64,000 nt of DNA from a bacterium. GTDB lineage: Bacteria > UBA8248. Position numbers and translations under genes: made by a program. The notes under the pieces are model-generated. The model did no database searches and was not told the DNA's origin. It worked only from the letters and a program-made list of their open reading frames with translations. This document shows positions 9,647-18,956 of the stretch, piece by piece. Within the stretch, counting starts at the first letter, position 1, and each line of letters begins with the position of its first letter. Where the stretch lies: contig OZ253442.1 of the NCBI GenBank assembly GCA_965261085.1, forward strand, positions 1,216,001 to 1,280,000, given 5' to 3'.

Positions 9647-9838
9647 GGCAGCCCCGAACCCGGTGGCCCGGGCTTCGATGCGATTATGGATTGCATCGGT
9701 ATTCTGTGGACTGCAGGTGTTCGCATCGTCGGCGCCGACGTGGTGGAACTCGCTCCCGAATTGGACCCCTCCGGCGCAAGCGCCGTCGCCGCCGCGAAGC
9801 TGGTGCGTGAACTCGCGCTGGTAATGGGGGCGGAGTAG
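9647..9838 (+). repeat. Diverged copy of the speB 3' tail (including a stop codon)
   Basis: 9647..9832 aligns without gaps to 8721..8906 (offset 926). There are 23 mismatches by manual count, all in the 5' part; the last 75 bp are identical. Confidence 0.95.
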
Positions 9839-9878
9839 AGCGCGGGTCCGGCGTCTATTTTTTTGGGGGATCATAGAA

Positions 9879-10415
9879 ATGTCCAGGCAATACGACCATG
9901 TTTGTAGTGCCAACCATGGTCGACGAGCAAAAGACCCTAGTTCAAGGAGACGAATAACATTGGAAAAAATTGACAAACTTACGCAGTTGCTCAATAACAA
10001 TGAGCCACTCAGCACTGAATGGCGAAGGGAGCTTTATAGTGCGTTCAGTCGGCGAGTCGTAGGAAAGATGCTTGACGACGGGGTTAGCTATGGCAAAGCA
10101 TCAGACGCACCTGAGTTCTATAATCAAGATTACCAAGCCTTTCGTGGCCACCTCAGGAAAACGGACCAGGACCTTGGTTGGCAATGTGATAGTGTCAGAG
10201 ACGCCTTCTCTGGGTACCTGAAAACAGGAGAAATACCAGCCCCCTATTTCCCAATGCGTATCGCTATCCTGCTAAGGAAGGCCAAAGAGACTGAACGCGA
10301 AAAGATGTTCCTGACTGCTTGGTGTCGTCATTTCGGAACAGGCAACCCGTCTTCCGGTAAGTATTACAAACTCTCGGAACGCCTGCAGAAGCTAAATTCT
10401 AAGACCTCAAACTAA
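9879..10415 (+). CDS. Hypothetical protein (lower-GC islet)
   Basis: 178-aa ORF with atypical composition; no family recognised. Confidence 0.6.
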   Translation: MSRQYDHVCSANHGRRAKDPSSRRRITLEKIDKLTQLLNNNEPLSTEWRRELYSAFSRRVVGKMLDDGVSYGKASDAPEFYNQDYQAFRGHLRKTDQDLGWQCDSVRDAFSGYLKTGEIPAPYFPMRIAILLRKAKETEREKMFLTAWCRHFGTGNPSSGKYYKLSERLQKLNSKTSN

Positions 10416-10477
10416 AAAATTCCGTAAATATAAAATTTTAGTTGCACCCAAGATACTCACCATGAGAGCGAATTTGC

Positions 10478-11488
10478 TTATGAGCGCAATTTCTTCCTGA
10501 ACGCGTTTGTGTCGAAGTCGAACCAAGGCGGTCGTTGAATTTTGAACCGCGCCTCGCGCACGTTGTATACAGTGTCGGGTTTGGCTTCGAAGAGAACCTG
10601 CCTGATGATCGACAGCGCAGCGCCGTACGCGTCAGCGGCGTTGGATAGCGTTATGTCACCGCCATACCGGATGTCAGTCGCGTCGTCTCCGGACAGGATT
10701 AGGGCCAGCTTTACGCGATCAATGGCTTCAGCGCCCAGACTCTCTGCCCGATCTGCCAGTGCTGAAAGATCGTGGGTATAAGGCGGCGTCTGTCCTTTTC
10801 GCCGAATTAGGAGCTTCAGCGCTTTCTCCGTGGCCTGCGACGCATCCCACGCGGCCGAGCGCAAGCAGGCGTCGTTCCGTTCACAAAGATTCCTAGCGCT
10901 GCTTTGAATATCTGTGCGAACCGACCCAGCTAATTCCGCGATGCTTAAATTCTCATTATGCACCAGTGCCCGGACGTCGAAGCCTATGCTCCGAACCAAT
11001 TTTGCGGTCTCTAAAGCCTCTTTTCGGACAACGTCCAGTCCTATGCCTGATAACCCATCGACCACGCCTCTGCTCTGAATCCAGCTAAGTGGGTCTTCTT
11101 CTGCTTGGACCGATGCAGGCCATCCAATCCAGACCATATTCGGCTCATCTGCGGATATCTTGAAACGCTTGGGTACCTGCATGGCGAAAGGTGTTCCATG
11201 AATAAGTAACATCGACACAAAGACCCCGGTTTCGTCGTTATCGACAAAGTCGCCGTAGCGGTCGCGATACCAGTCCTCTATGATGAACAGAAATGCTCCG
11301 TGCGCCACGCTGCGGTAAAATGTTTCGAAATCGGAAAATTCCATCGCCGTATCGCACAGAACTTCGAAAGCCTTCAATTTGCGGGCTGAAATCGGTATGT
11401 TCGCCTGACTAAGTGCCCCGTCGATTTTCGGGAGTTCTTCGTTCAGAAATGCAGCGATCTCCTTCCAGTTACTTATGTCGTCGGACAC
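10478..11488 (-). CDS. HEPN domain-containing protein
   Basis: C-terminal AAWDASQATEKALK...YTHDLSAL HEPN signature. GGAGG RBS before the GTG start. Confidence 0.8.
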   Translation of the reverse strand: MSDDISNWKEIAAFLNEELPKIDGALSQANIPISARKLKAFEVLCDTAMEFSDFETFYRSVAHGAFLFIIEDWYRDRYGDFVDNDETGVFVSMLLIHGTPFAMQVPKRFKISADEPNMVWIGWPASVQAEEDPLSWIQSRGVVDGLSGIGLDVVRKEALETAKLVRSIGFDVRALVHNENLSIAELAGSVRTDIQSSARNLCERNDACLRSAAWDASQATEKALKLLIRRKGQTPPYTHDLSALADRAESLGAEAIDRVKLALILSGDDATDIRYGGDITLSNAADAYGAALSIIRQVLFEAKPDTVYNVREARFKIQRPPWFDFDTNAFRKKLRS

Positions 11489-11710
11489 GGATTTGACCTC
11501 CTCTCAATTGCCAGACTCATTCAAGGCATCTCCTGTGCTTCCAGAATAACAGGAATTACGGCGTGATGAAGGTCGTGAGCTCATGCCCACCCCGCAGTTC
11601 ACGAACGTGTGTTTGACCCCGCCGAGCACGGGATAGTACGCTTGGTTGCTGCGTCCTGCTCCCGGGCGGGGCCGGTTCCCACCACGCCGCCAAAGCGCAA
11701 GGAGGTCCTC

Positions 11711-12571
11711 ATGAAACCAGCCGTATCGCGGGTTATCGCCGCCGTGTTCCTCGCCGCCGCCCTGCTGGCGCCCGGCGCGCTTCACGCACAGGCCAAACGC
11801 GTCATCACCCGCATCGCGGGCGATCTATACCGCTTCCAGAACAATTTTCACTATTCCGTCTTCCTGGTGACGCCGGATGGCGTGATCGTCACCGATCCCA
11901 TCAACAAAGAGGCGGCCACCTGGCTCAAAGCCGAGATCGCCAAGCGATTCAACCGGCCGGTCAAGTACCTGATCCTCAGCCACGATCACCGCGACCACAG
12001 CTCCGGCGGCGAGGTCTTCACCGACACCGCGACGGTGATCGCCCACGAGAGGGCCAAGGCCGCGATCATCGGCGAAGGCCGCCCGACCGCCGCGCCCGAC
12101 ATCACGTTCACCGACCGCATGACAGTGGCGCTGGGGGGCAAGCGGGTCGAGCTCATCTACACGGGCCGCAACCACTCGGACAACTCGATCGTCATGCTGT
12201 TCCCCGAGGAGCGGACCCTGTTCGCCGTCGACTTCGTGTCGGTCAAGCGCCTGCCCTTCCGCAACCTCTCCGATTCTTACTACCCCGACTGGATAGATTC
12301 GTTGCGGCGTGTCGAGCGGCTGGACTTCGACATCCTGGCGCCCGGTCACGGGGCCATGGGCGCCAAGAAGGACGTCGCCGATCATCGCCGCTACCACGAG
12401 GACCTGTACAACGCCGTCGTCGCCGCTGCGCGCGCGGGGCGGAGCCTGGAGGAGATGAAGGCGTCTATCACCCTCGACAAGTACAAGGGTTGGGGTTCCT
12501 ACGCCGCTTGGCGCGAGCTCAACATCGAGGGGGTATACTCCCGCGTCGTGCTCCAGCGACGGGGGAACTGA
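11711..12571 (+). CDS. Secreted MBL-fold metallo-hydrolase
   Basis: Signal peptide, SHDHRDH, NHSD and PGHG motifs. GGAGG RBS. Confidence 0.85.
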   Translation: MKPAVSRVIAAVFLAAALLAPGALHAQAKRVITRIAGDLYRFQNNFHYSVFLVTPDGVIVTDPINKEAATWLKAEIAKRFNRPVKYLILSHDHRDHSSGGEVFTDTATVIAHERAKAAIIGEGRPTAAPDITFTDRMTVALGGKRVELIYTGRNHSDNSIVMLFPEERTLFAVDFVSVKRLPFRNLSDSYYPDWIDSLRRVERLDFDILAPGHGAMGAKKDVADHRRYHEDLYNAVVAAARAGRSLEEMKASITLDKYKGWGSYAAWRELNIEGVYSRVVLQRRGN

Positions 12572-12686
12572 ACGAACGTCTGGCGCATCTCCCGGCAGGC
12601 GCTCCAGGCCTTCTCGTGAAACGTGCTGACGTGCCGCACTTCCCGATAATCCCCGGCGGATGCGGGTGGAGTCGCTATATTTTCTA

Positions 12687-12781
12687 TTGACGGATGCTTC
12701 GGATAGCGGCATCCTTATGCTCACTCCCCCAGTGGCTTCGACCGCTGGGTGCGGGGCCTCTCACGAGGCCCCTGCTTTTTT
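12687..12781 (+). ncRNA. Putative promoter plus ~60-nt structured small RNA ending in an intrinsic terminator, upstream of a NYN remnant
   Basis: TTGACG-17bp-CATCCT. Hairpin CCCAGTGG-CTTCGA-CCGCTGGG, then GGGGCCTC-TCAC-GAGGCCCC followed by T6. Confidence 0.5.
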
Positions 12782-12791
12782 AAGGTAAGAC

Positions 12792-12872
12792 ATGCGAACT
12801 TATATTTACGTCGATAGGTTCAACCTCTACTACTGCTCGCGGAAGCGCTCGTTCCCGGCGCGCATCGCCTAA
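12792..12872 (+). pseudogene. Truncated NYN/LabA-DUF88 (PIN-fold) nuclease
   Basis: MRTYIYVDRFNLYYCSRK...* resembles the NYN N-terminus (YxDGFNLYY). AAGG RBS; only 26 codons. Confidence 0.65.
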
Positions 12873-13603
12873 CCCACCTCCGCCTCGACCGCTTCGGCCA
12901 TCTCGCCCATCGAGAAGAATATGAAATCGGTCGTTGGGGTCGCCTCGACCTTCTCCGTCGCCCCCCAGCTTCCCCCCTCGGAGAGCCTCTGCCGGTCGAT
13001 CCAGGCGTTGGCGAGGCCGAAACGATTCGCCGGCGCATGGTCGTGCCGCAGGCTCTGCGCGGTGTGCAGGACGTCTGAGCAGTCGAGATCGAAGTCAGAT
13101 TTCAGGTGCGAGAGGAGATACTCGAAGTTGGCGTCGGCGGGCTTGTAGGAGCCGACCTCCTCGGCGGTGTAGACGGCATCGAACGCGACGCCCAGCTTGC
13201 GGTTCGAGGCGGCGAAGCCCTCGCGGTGTACGTTCGAGAGGATGACGAGCTTATAATGCCGCTTGAGGATGCGCAGCGCGTCCGCGGTATCAGAGAACGC
13301 CGGCCACAGCGGCACAGATGCGCCGAACGCCTCATCGAGCGCGTCGCTCGTCTCGAGATCGAAGCTCTCCGCCATGCTCCGGTGGACCCTGGCGAGGAGA
13401 TCGGGATAGCGAAGCTCAGGCGAGGCGTGCTCGTGGTGGGCTTCCCACTTCGCAAAAGCGAGGAGCGCGGCCTCGCGCGTCACCGCCGTGTCGCCGCCCC
13501 CCATGATCAGCGGCTGCAGCGCATCCCAGATTCCAGCCTCCCAATCGATGAGGGTGCCGTAGCAGTCGAACGTCAATACTTTGTAATCGGTCAGTCGAGC
13601 CAT
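12869..13603 (-). CDS. Haloacid dehalogenase type II (HAD) hydrolase
   Basis: FDCYGTLIDWE, ILSNV, GSYKP and HTAQS motifs. Confidence 0.88.
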   Translation of the reverse strand: MARLTDYKVLTFDCYGTLIDWEAGIWDALQPLIMGGGDTAVTREAALLAFAKWEAHHEHASPELRYPDLLARVHRSMAESFDLETSDALDEAFGASVPLWPAFSDTADALRILKRHYKLVILSNVHREGFAASNRKLGVAFDAVYTAEEVGSYKPADANFEYLLSHLKSDFDLDCSDVLHTAQSLRHDHAPANRFGLANAWIDRQRLSEGGSWGATEKVEATPTTDFIFFSMGEMAEAVEAEVG

Positions 13604-13792
13604 GGTTTGTGCTTCCTGTGCGGGGGGATTGGGTGTCCTCTTGTCGGCCAAGCCTGAGTCTATTCGAGAAAGTTTCTACGGTCGCGCGCTGGGGGGTGTC
13701 AAGAGCCGTCCCGGCAAGACTAATTCAAAAACCCCGATTGCATGGCGGGGCGGAATGTTTGTATAGTAGACTTACTTTTGTAACTCATTAAA

Positions 13793-13808
13793 TTGTATAC
13801 AGTATACT
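13793..13808. promoter_or_regulatory. Possible GntR/FadR-type operator upstream of citrate synthase
   Basis: TTGTATACAGTATACT, with a tandem GTATAC palindrome in an AT-rich intergenic region. Confidence 0.35.
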
Positions 13809-13908
13809 TTATTGATGGCGGTTTCGCGCGCGAGAGTCCGAATGGCGAAACCCGCCGATAATCAAAGTATTCTTAGAGCCAATTCATCACTTGCGTTTGG
13901 AGACGCCC

Positions 13909-15078
13909 ATGGCTGAAGAAAAACCCCGCCAATTCGTTGGAAGTGTGGAATTCAAGAAAGGTCTCGAGGGGGCCATCACGAACGAGAGCGCCATCAGCTA
14001 CGTCGATGGGGCGAACGGAAAGCTCATCTATCGCGGATACAGCATCGACGATCTCTGCGCCGGAGGCGGGGGATACGAGGAAACGGCCTATCTGCTGCTC
14101 AACGGGAAGCTGCCCACGCGGAGCGAACTCGACATCTTCAACGCGGATCTGGCGCTGCGCCGCACTATCCCCCAGGAAGTGAAAGACCTGATCGTGCAGA
14201 TCGCCTCCAAATGCCACCCCATGAGCACGCTGCGCACCGCCGTCTCCATGCTCGGCTGCCTGAACCCGAAGGAATTCGAGGTGACGGTGGAGAACGATTA
14301 CGATATCGCACTTACGCTGACGGCGCAGTTCCCGACCCTCGTGGCGGCCATCCAGCGGGCGAGAAGGGGCGAGTTCCTCCTGGAGCCCAACCCCTCGAAG
14401 GGCCTCTCCGAAGATTTTCTGCGCATGATGACGGGCGAGACGCCCGACCCGCGCACGGTGGAAGTGATGGACATAGCGCTCATCATCCACGCCGAGCACG
14501 GCATGAACGCCTCCACTTTCTCCTCGATGGTGACGAACAGCTCCTTGACTGATTTCTACAGCTCCATCGTCGCAGGGATAGGCTCGCTCAAGGGGCCTCT
14601 CCACGGCGGGGCGAACGAGGCCACGCTGCGCACGTTCCAGGAGATAGGCGACCCCGCCACGACCGAAGATTGGTTCGCGGCGGCGAAAGAAAAGAAGGTG
14701 AAGGTGATGGGCTTCGGCCACCGCGTATACAAGGCCTACGACCCGAGGGCGCGGCTGTTCGACCCCATCGCCAAGGAATTCTCAGAGCGCGCCGGAACGG
14801 CCCATCTCTACGAGATAGCGAAAAAGCTCGAAGCCCTCGTGGTGGCGGACCTGGGCGGCAAGGGCATCTTCCCCAACGTCGATTTCTTCTCGGGCGTCAT
14901 CTATGACGCGATGGGCATCGACACGGATATGTTCACGCCCATCTTCGCCGTGCCGCGCATCGCCGGATGGTCGGCGCGCATTCTCGAATATCTGCCCGAG
15001 AACCGGCTCTTCAGGCCCCGCGCGGTCTACATCGGCGATCTGGAGTCGCAATACGCGCCGATTGGGGAGCGCGGGTAG
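13909..15078 (+). CDS. gltA: Citrate / 2-methylcitrate synthase
   Basis: HAEHGMNAST, GPLHGGAN, MGFGHRVYK, PNVDF and LFRPR motifs. Confidence 0.92.
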   Translation: MAEEKPRQFVGSVEFKKGLEGAITNESAISYVDGANGKLIYRGYSIDDLCAGGGGYEETAYLLLNGKLPTRSELDIFNADLALRRTIPQEVKDLIVQIASKCHPMSTLRTAVSMLGCLNPKEFEVTVENDYDIALTLTAQFPTLVAAIQRARRGEFLLEPNPSKGLSEDFLRMMTGETPDPRTVEVMDIALIIHAEHGMNASTFSSMVTNSSLTDFYSSIVAGIGSLKGPLHGGANEATLRTFQEIGDPATTEDWFAAAKEKKVKVMGFGHRVYKAYDPRARLFDPIAKEFSERAGTAHLYEIAKKLEALVVADLGGKGIFPNVDFFSGVIYDAMGIDTDMFTPIFAVPRIAGWSARILEYLPENRLFRPRAVYIGDLESQYAPIGERG

Positions 15079-15095
15079 ATAAAAGAAGCGGACCG

Positions 15096-15128
15096 AAAAG
15101 CGGCTCTCGAGCGGGAGCCGCTTTTTTT
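15096..15128 (+). terminator. Intrinsic terminator after citrate synthase
   Basis: AAAAGCGGCTC...GAGCCGC followed by T7. Confidence 0.85.
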
Positions 15129-15199
15129 CGCCTGGCTTTCATGATCCCGGGTTTCCCGCCGGGCTTGTTGGGGCAATCTTAAATAGAGGAGGTTTACCG

Positions 15200-15622
15200 G
15201 TGGCGTTCGAAGATGGCTTCGTGATCGAAACGACGAGGCGGACGGATATTCTGGACATCACGCCGCAGGTGGAGCGCGCCGTTTCGAAAAGCGGGATATC
15301 AAGCGGAATCGTCCTGGTGTTCACGCCCGGCTCGACGGCGGGTTTGACGACGATAGAGTATGAACCGGGCGCAATTTCGGATCTGAAAGACGCGATTGCG
15401 CGAATCGCGCCCGAGGGGATGGCCTATGCGCACGATGCGCGCTGGGGGGACGGGAACGGTTTCTCCCACGTCCGCGCCGCCCTGCTGGGGCCGAGCCTCT
15501 CTTTGCCGCTCAGAGAGGGCGCGCTCGTTACCGGAACCTGGCAGCAGATAGTCCTGGTCGATTTCGACAACCGCCCGAGGAGCAGGCGGGTGGAAATCCA
15601 GATTATCGGGGATGCGTCCTAG
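15200..15622 (+). CDS. yjbQ: YjbQ family (UPF0047) protein
   Basis: GSTAGLTTIEYEP, NGFSH and GTWQQIVLVDFD motifs. Confidence 0.9.
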   Translation: MAFEDGFVIETTRRTDILDITPQVERAVSKSGISSGIVLVFTPGSTAGLTTIEYEPGAISDLKDAIARIAPEGMAYAHDARWGDGNGFSHVRAALLGPSLSLPLREGALVTGTWQQIVLVDFDNRPRSRRVEIQIIGDAS

Positions 15623-15624
15623 TC

Positions 15625-15780
15625 AATCCGCGCCGGACGCGCAACCGAGGGCGTGTCGACCGGAAATAAAGATACCCGGACTCTTGGAGCGAAGTATTAA
15701 TAAATCCGCGCCGGACGCGCACCCGTTGGCGTGTCGACCGGAAATCGAGATACCCGGAGTCTCGCAGCGAAGTATGAAAG
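15625..15780. repeat. Two diverged tandem 78-bp units between convergent genes
   Basis: AATCCGCGCCGGACGCGC...GGCGTGTCGACCGGAAAT...GATACCCGGA...AGCGAAGTAT starts at 15625 and again at 15703. Confidence 0.9.
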
Positions 15781-15781
15781 A

Positions 15782-16201
15782 TCAGTCGTCGCCTTCGGCG
15801 AATTCCTCAAAGGTGTAGAACAGGCCGTCGAGCACGCGCGCGGCTTGCTCGTCGAGGCCCGGCTTCTCGAGGGGCAGGTCGATGGCGTAGCGGAACACGC
15901 CGTCGTGGTAGTGCTCCACCTTGTGTTCTTCCTCTTCTCCCGCTTCTTCCATGCCGTCGTACACGAAATCGTCAATCGGGTCCTTGCTGTCCAGAATAGC
16001 GAGTTCGATGTCCTCGTTCATGTAGCGGTCGGCGGTGACGAAGCTGATGCGGAGTTTGCCGTCGTCCTCGTTTTTCGCGATCTCGAACCAGCAGACGTCG
16101 TTCAGCACCAGCCGGATGGAGCGGCCCGAAGGGTCGGGTTCGGGCGTGAAGCGATCGTCGGTGGCGTAGCGTTTGATCATGCCTGTAATGATGTCGGCCA
16201 A
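15782..16201 (-). CDS. Acidic hypothetical protein
   Basis: Backbone-like codon usage. TTG start after GGGAGG. Confidence 0.65.
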   Translation of the reverse strand: MADIITGMIKRYATDDRFTPEPDPSGRSIRLVLNDVCWFEIAKNEDDGKLRISFVTADRYMNEDIELAILDSKDPIDDFVYDGMEEAGEEEEHKVEHYHDGVFRYAIDLPLEKPGLDEQAARVLDGLFYTFEEFAEGDD

Positions 16202-16431
16202 AACAGGAGCCTCCCTGCGCGTGGGTGTTTTAAGAGTGGGAGAAACTGCTCTTCCCTTGTTTGGCGGGCAATATAGCTTGGAGTTTTCGTTTCGCCAAGC
16301 GGCGCCGGGCATCGGGAATGGCGTTCGCTTGCGGTGGGTGAACCTGAGCGGCGCGTAAGAAAAACAGGGGATGAGCGGCTTGGATTTTCCGTGCCGCCGC
16401 CCATCCCCCTGAGTGAGGCCTTGGGCCTTCT

Positions 16432-17412
16432 CTATTTCTTCATCGTCATGGCCTTGATGAGTTTCGTGTAGCCGTCGTAGTTCGGCTTTCTGACCTTCTC
16501 ATAGTCCGCGCCGTTCACGAAAACCACGTTTTCGCCGATGCTGCGCATGAAGCGCTTGAAGGATTTGTTCTTCGTGAGCTTCTCAAAAGCGTCACGGAGC
16601 GTCTTCAGCCTGTCGGCGGGCGTCTTGGCAGGCGCCATGAAGATGCGGTCCATCGTGAAGCCCACGCCCATGTAGCCGAGTTCATCCGTGGTGGGGACTT
16701 CCTTGAAGTCATTGTCCTTCGAGAGGCGCGCATTGCCTGTGAGTGCGAGCACGGTGACCTTTCCGGCCTTCTTATGGGGGCGAAGCTGGGTCGGGAAGGC
16801 GATGCCCACGTCGTCCTGTCCGGCGAGGACGGCGCGCAGAGCGGGGCCGCCGCCCTTATGCGGGATGAAGTTCACCTTGATGCCCGCCGCGCGCACGAAC
16901 TGCATGGCCGGCACGTGGCCCGCCCCCCAGACGCCGCTGTGGCCCCAGTTGACCTTGCCGGGGTTTTTCTTCGCGTAGGCGACGAATTCCTTCATGTTCT
17001 TCCACGGCCTGTTCGACAGGGAGAAGAACACCGGCTGCCCGTGGTTGATCTTGGCGACGGTCTTGAAATCGCGCAGCGTGTTGAAGGGCACCTTGCGCGT
17101 TTGCGGCACGAGCTGATCGAAGCCATTGTGGCTGAAGAGCAGGGTGTATCCGTCCGCCTTGGCCTTGGCCACGAAGCCGGTGCCCTTCATGCCCGCGCCG
17201 CCGGGCACGAGCTTCACCACCATGGGCTGGCCGAGAATGTCGGCGATGATGCTGGTGATGCCGCGCGCGTGGAGGTCGTGGCTGCCGCCCGCGCCCACGG
17301 GCAGAACGAGCGTGATGGGACGATCGGGATAGGCCGCCGTGCTCGCGGAGGGCAGCCCCAGCCCGACGAGCAGAACCAGCGCGGCCAGGACGGCGAAGAA
17401 GCGTTTTTTCAT
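16432..17412 (-). CDS. tctC: Tripartite tricarboxylate transporter substrate-binding protein (Bug/TctC)
   Basis: Signal peptide, YPDRPITLVLPVGAGGSHD, ADGYTLL and IPHKGGGPA motifs. Confidence 0.9.
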   Translation of the reverse strand: MKKRFFAVLAALVLLVGLGLPSASTAAYPDRPITLVLPVGAGGSHDLHARGITSIIADILGQPMVVKLVPGGAGMKGTGFVAKAKADGYTLLFSHNGFDQLVPQTRKVPFNTLRDFKTVAKINHGQPVFFSLSNRPWKNMKEFVAYAKKNPGKVNWGHSGVWGAGHVPAMQFVRAAGIKVNFIPHKGGGPALRAVLAGQDDVGIAFPTQLRPHKKAGKVTVLALTGNARLSKDNDFKEVPTTDELGYMGVGFTMDRIFMAPAKTPADRLKTLRDAFEKLTKNKSFKRFMRSIGENVVFVNGADYEKVRKPNYDGYTKLIKAMTMKK

Positions 17413-17438
17413 GATGTTCTCCTTTGATGAATATGCCC

Positions 17439-18944
17439 TCATGAAGCGGCGGGCCCCCTGGCGCGCCGCCACATCGGGCGAAGAATGAGATAGCCGACCC
17501 AAGTCAGCGCCGCCACCAGGAAGATGGAGGCGATTGGTCTTTGTACGAACAGGTACGAAAACGGAGAGCCCTTCGCATACAGCATCGACTGGCTCAAACG
17601 GTACTCTATCGGTTCGGCCAGCACAAAGGCGATGATGAGGGGCGCCAGGTCGAATTTGAATTTTCTTAGAATATAGGCGCACACGCCGATGATGACCATC
17701 AGTATCACGTCCGTGTTCGACCCCGTGGAGAGCGTGCCCACGAAGGCGAGCGCCACGATGAGGGGGATGAGATACGCCTTTTTGAGTTGAATGGCGCGGG
17801 CGAAGGGCTTGAGCAGAACGTAGCCCAGAAAGAAGAACAGCACGTTCGCCAGCACCATGGTGAGGATAAGGGCGTACATGAGCGCGCCTTGTTCCTGAAA
17901 TATCTGGGGTCCCGGCCGCATGCCGTGCGCCACGAACGCGCCCAGCAGAATGGCGGTGACGTTGTCTCCCGGAATGCCCAGCGTCAGCAGGGGAACCAGC
18001 GTGGGGCCGTTCACGGCGTTGTTCGCGGCCTCGGGCGCCGCTATGCCGTCGAGTTCGCCCTTGCCGAAGGTCTCGGGATGCTTGGACGCGCGCTTCGCCG
18101 CGCTGTAGCCGATGAAGGCGGCCACCACCTGTCCCACGCCCGGCACCATGCCGATGCCCGTCCCGATGGCGGTGGAGCGCAAGATGGAGCGAATCGACGC
18201 CTTGAACTCATGCCAGCGCAGGCGCTCGCCCGCCTTGGCGAGGTCCACGTGTTCGCTGATGAAGCGCACGGTGCGCGATTCGACCGCCTCGAGCACTTCG
18301 GGCATCGCGAATATGCCTATGGCCAAAGGGATGAGGGGGATGCCCGCGCTCAGGGCTTCCAGGTCGAACGTCATGCGGGTGGCCCCGGTGGTGGCGTCGG
18401 TGCCGATGAAGCCCAGCCCCATGCCGATGCAGGCGGCGATGGCTCCCTTTAAGCCTGACTCGCTCGATACGCTGGCGATGAGCACCAGCGAGAAGATGAT
18501 GACGGCGAACACCTCCGGCGGGCCGATCAAGAGCGTGACGATGGCGATGGGGCCGATGAGCGCCAGGGTGAAGATGTCGGACAGCGTGTCTCCGATGGTG
18601 GAGGAGAACAGCGCCATCTCGAGCGCCTTCCGCCCCTGGCCCTTGCGCGTGAGCGCGGGGCCGTCGAAAGTCGTGGCGATGGATGCGCCCGTTCCCGGAA
18701 TGCCGACCAGAATCGCCGGAATGCTGCCCCCGTAAATCCCGCCCTTGTAGATGCCGATCAGAAAAGGAATGCCGAGCATGGGTTCGAGCTTGAAGGAGAT
18801 GGGCAGAAGGACCGACATGGCCAGTATGGTGGTGAGGCCCGGCATCGCGCCCACGAACATGCCGACGGTGAGCCCTGCGCTGATGTAGAGATAGGTGTCT
18901 ACGCGCAGCAGGAGGGCGAAGGCCTGAAAAAAGGAATCGAGCAA
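17439..18944 (-). CDS. tctA: Tripartite tricarboxylate transporter permease
   Basis: GAMPGL, YGGSIPAILVGIPGT, APEAANNA and LTLGIPGD motifs. Confidence 0.93.
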   Translation of the reverse strand: MLDSFFQAFALLLRVDTYLYISAGLTVGMFVGAMPGLTTILAMSVLLPISFKLEPMLGIPFLIGIYKGGIYGGSIPAILVGIPGTGASIATTFDGPALTRKGQGRKALEMALFSSTIGDTLSDIFTLALIGPIAIVTLLIGPPEVFAVIIFSLVLIASVSSESGLKGAIAACIGMGLGFIGTDATTGATRMTFDLEALSAGIPLIPLAIGIFAMPEVLEAVESRTVRFISEHVDLAKAGERLRWHEFKASIRSILRSTAIGTGIGMVPGVGQVVAAFIGYSAAKRASKHPETFGKGELDGIAAPEAANNAVNGPTLVPLLTLGIPGDNVTAILLGAFVAHGMRPGPQIFQEQGALMYALILTMVLANVLFFFLGYVLLKPFARAIQLKKAYLIPLIVALAFVGTLSTGSNTDVILMVIIGVCAYILRKFKFDLAPLIIAFVLAEPIEYRLSQSMLYAKGSPFSYLFVQRPIASIFLVAALTWVGYLILRPMWRRARGPAAS

Positions 18945-18956
18945 ACCTTGGGCTCC

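Noticed and set aside
9623-9838. 71-aa ORF as an independent gene
   Set aside because: It is the duplicated speB tail, with no convincing RBS or catalytic N-terminal part.
12572-12680. Possible gene fragment or a fourth tail duplicate
   Set aside because: I found no matching sequence elsewhere in the window by eye.
15625-15780. CRISPR array
   Set aside because: Only two 78-bp units, no unique spacers and no cas genes.
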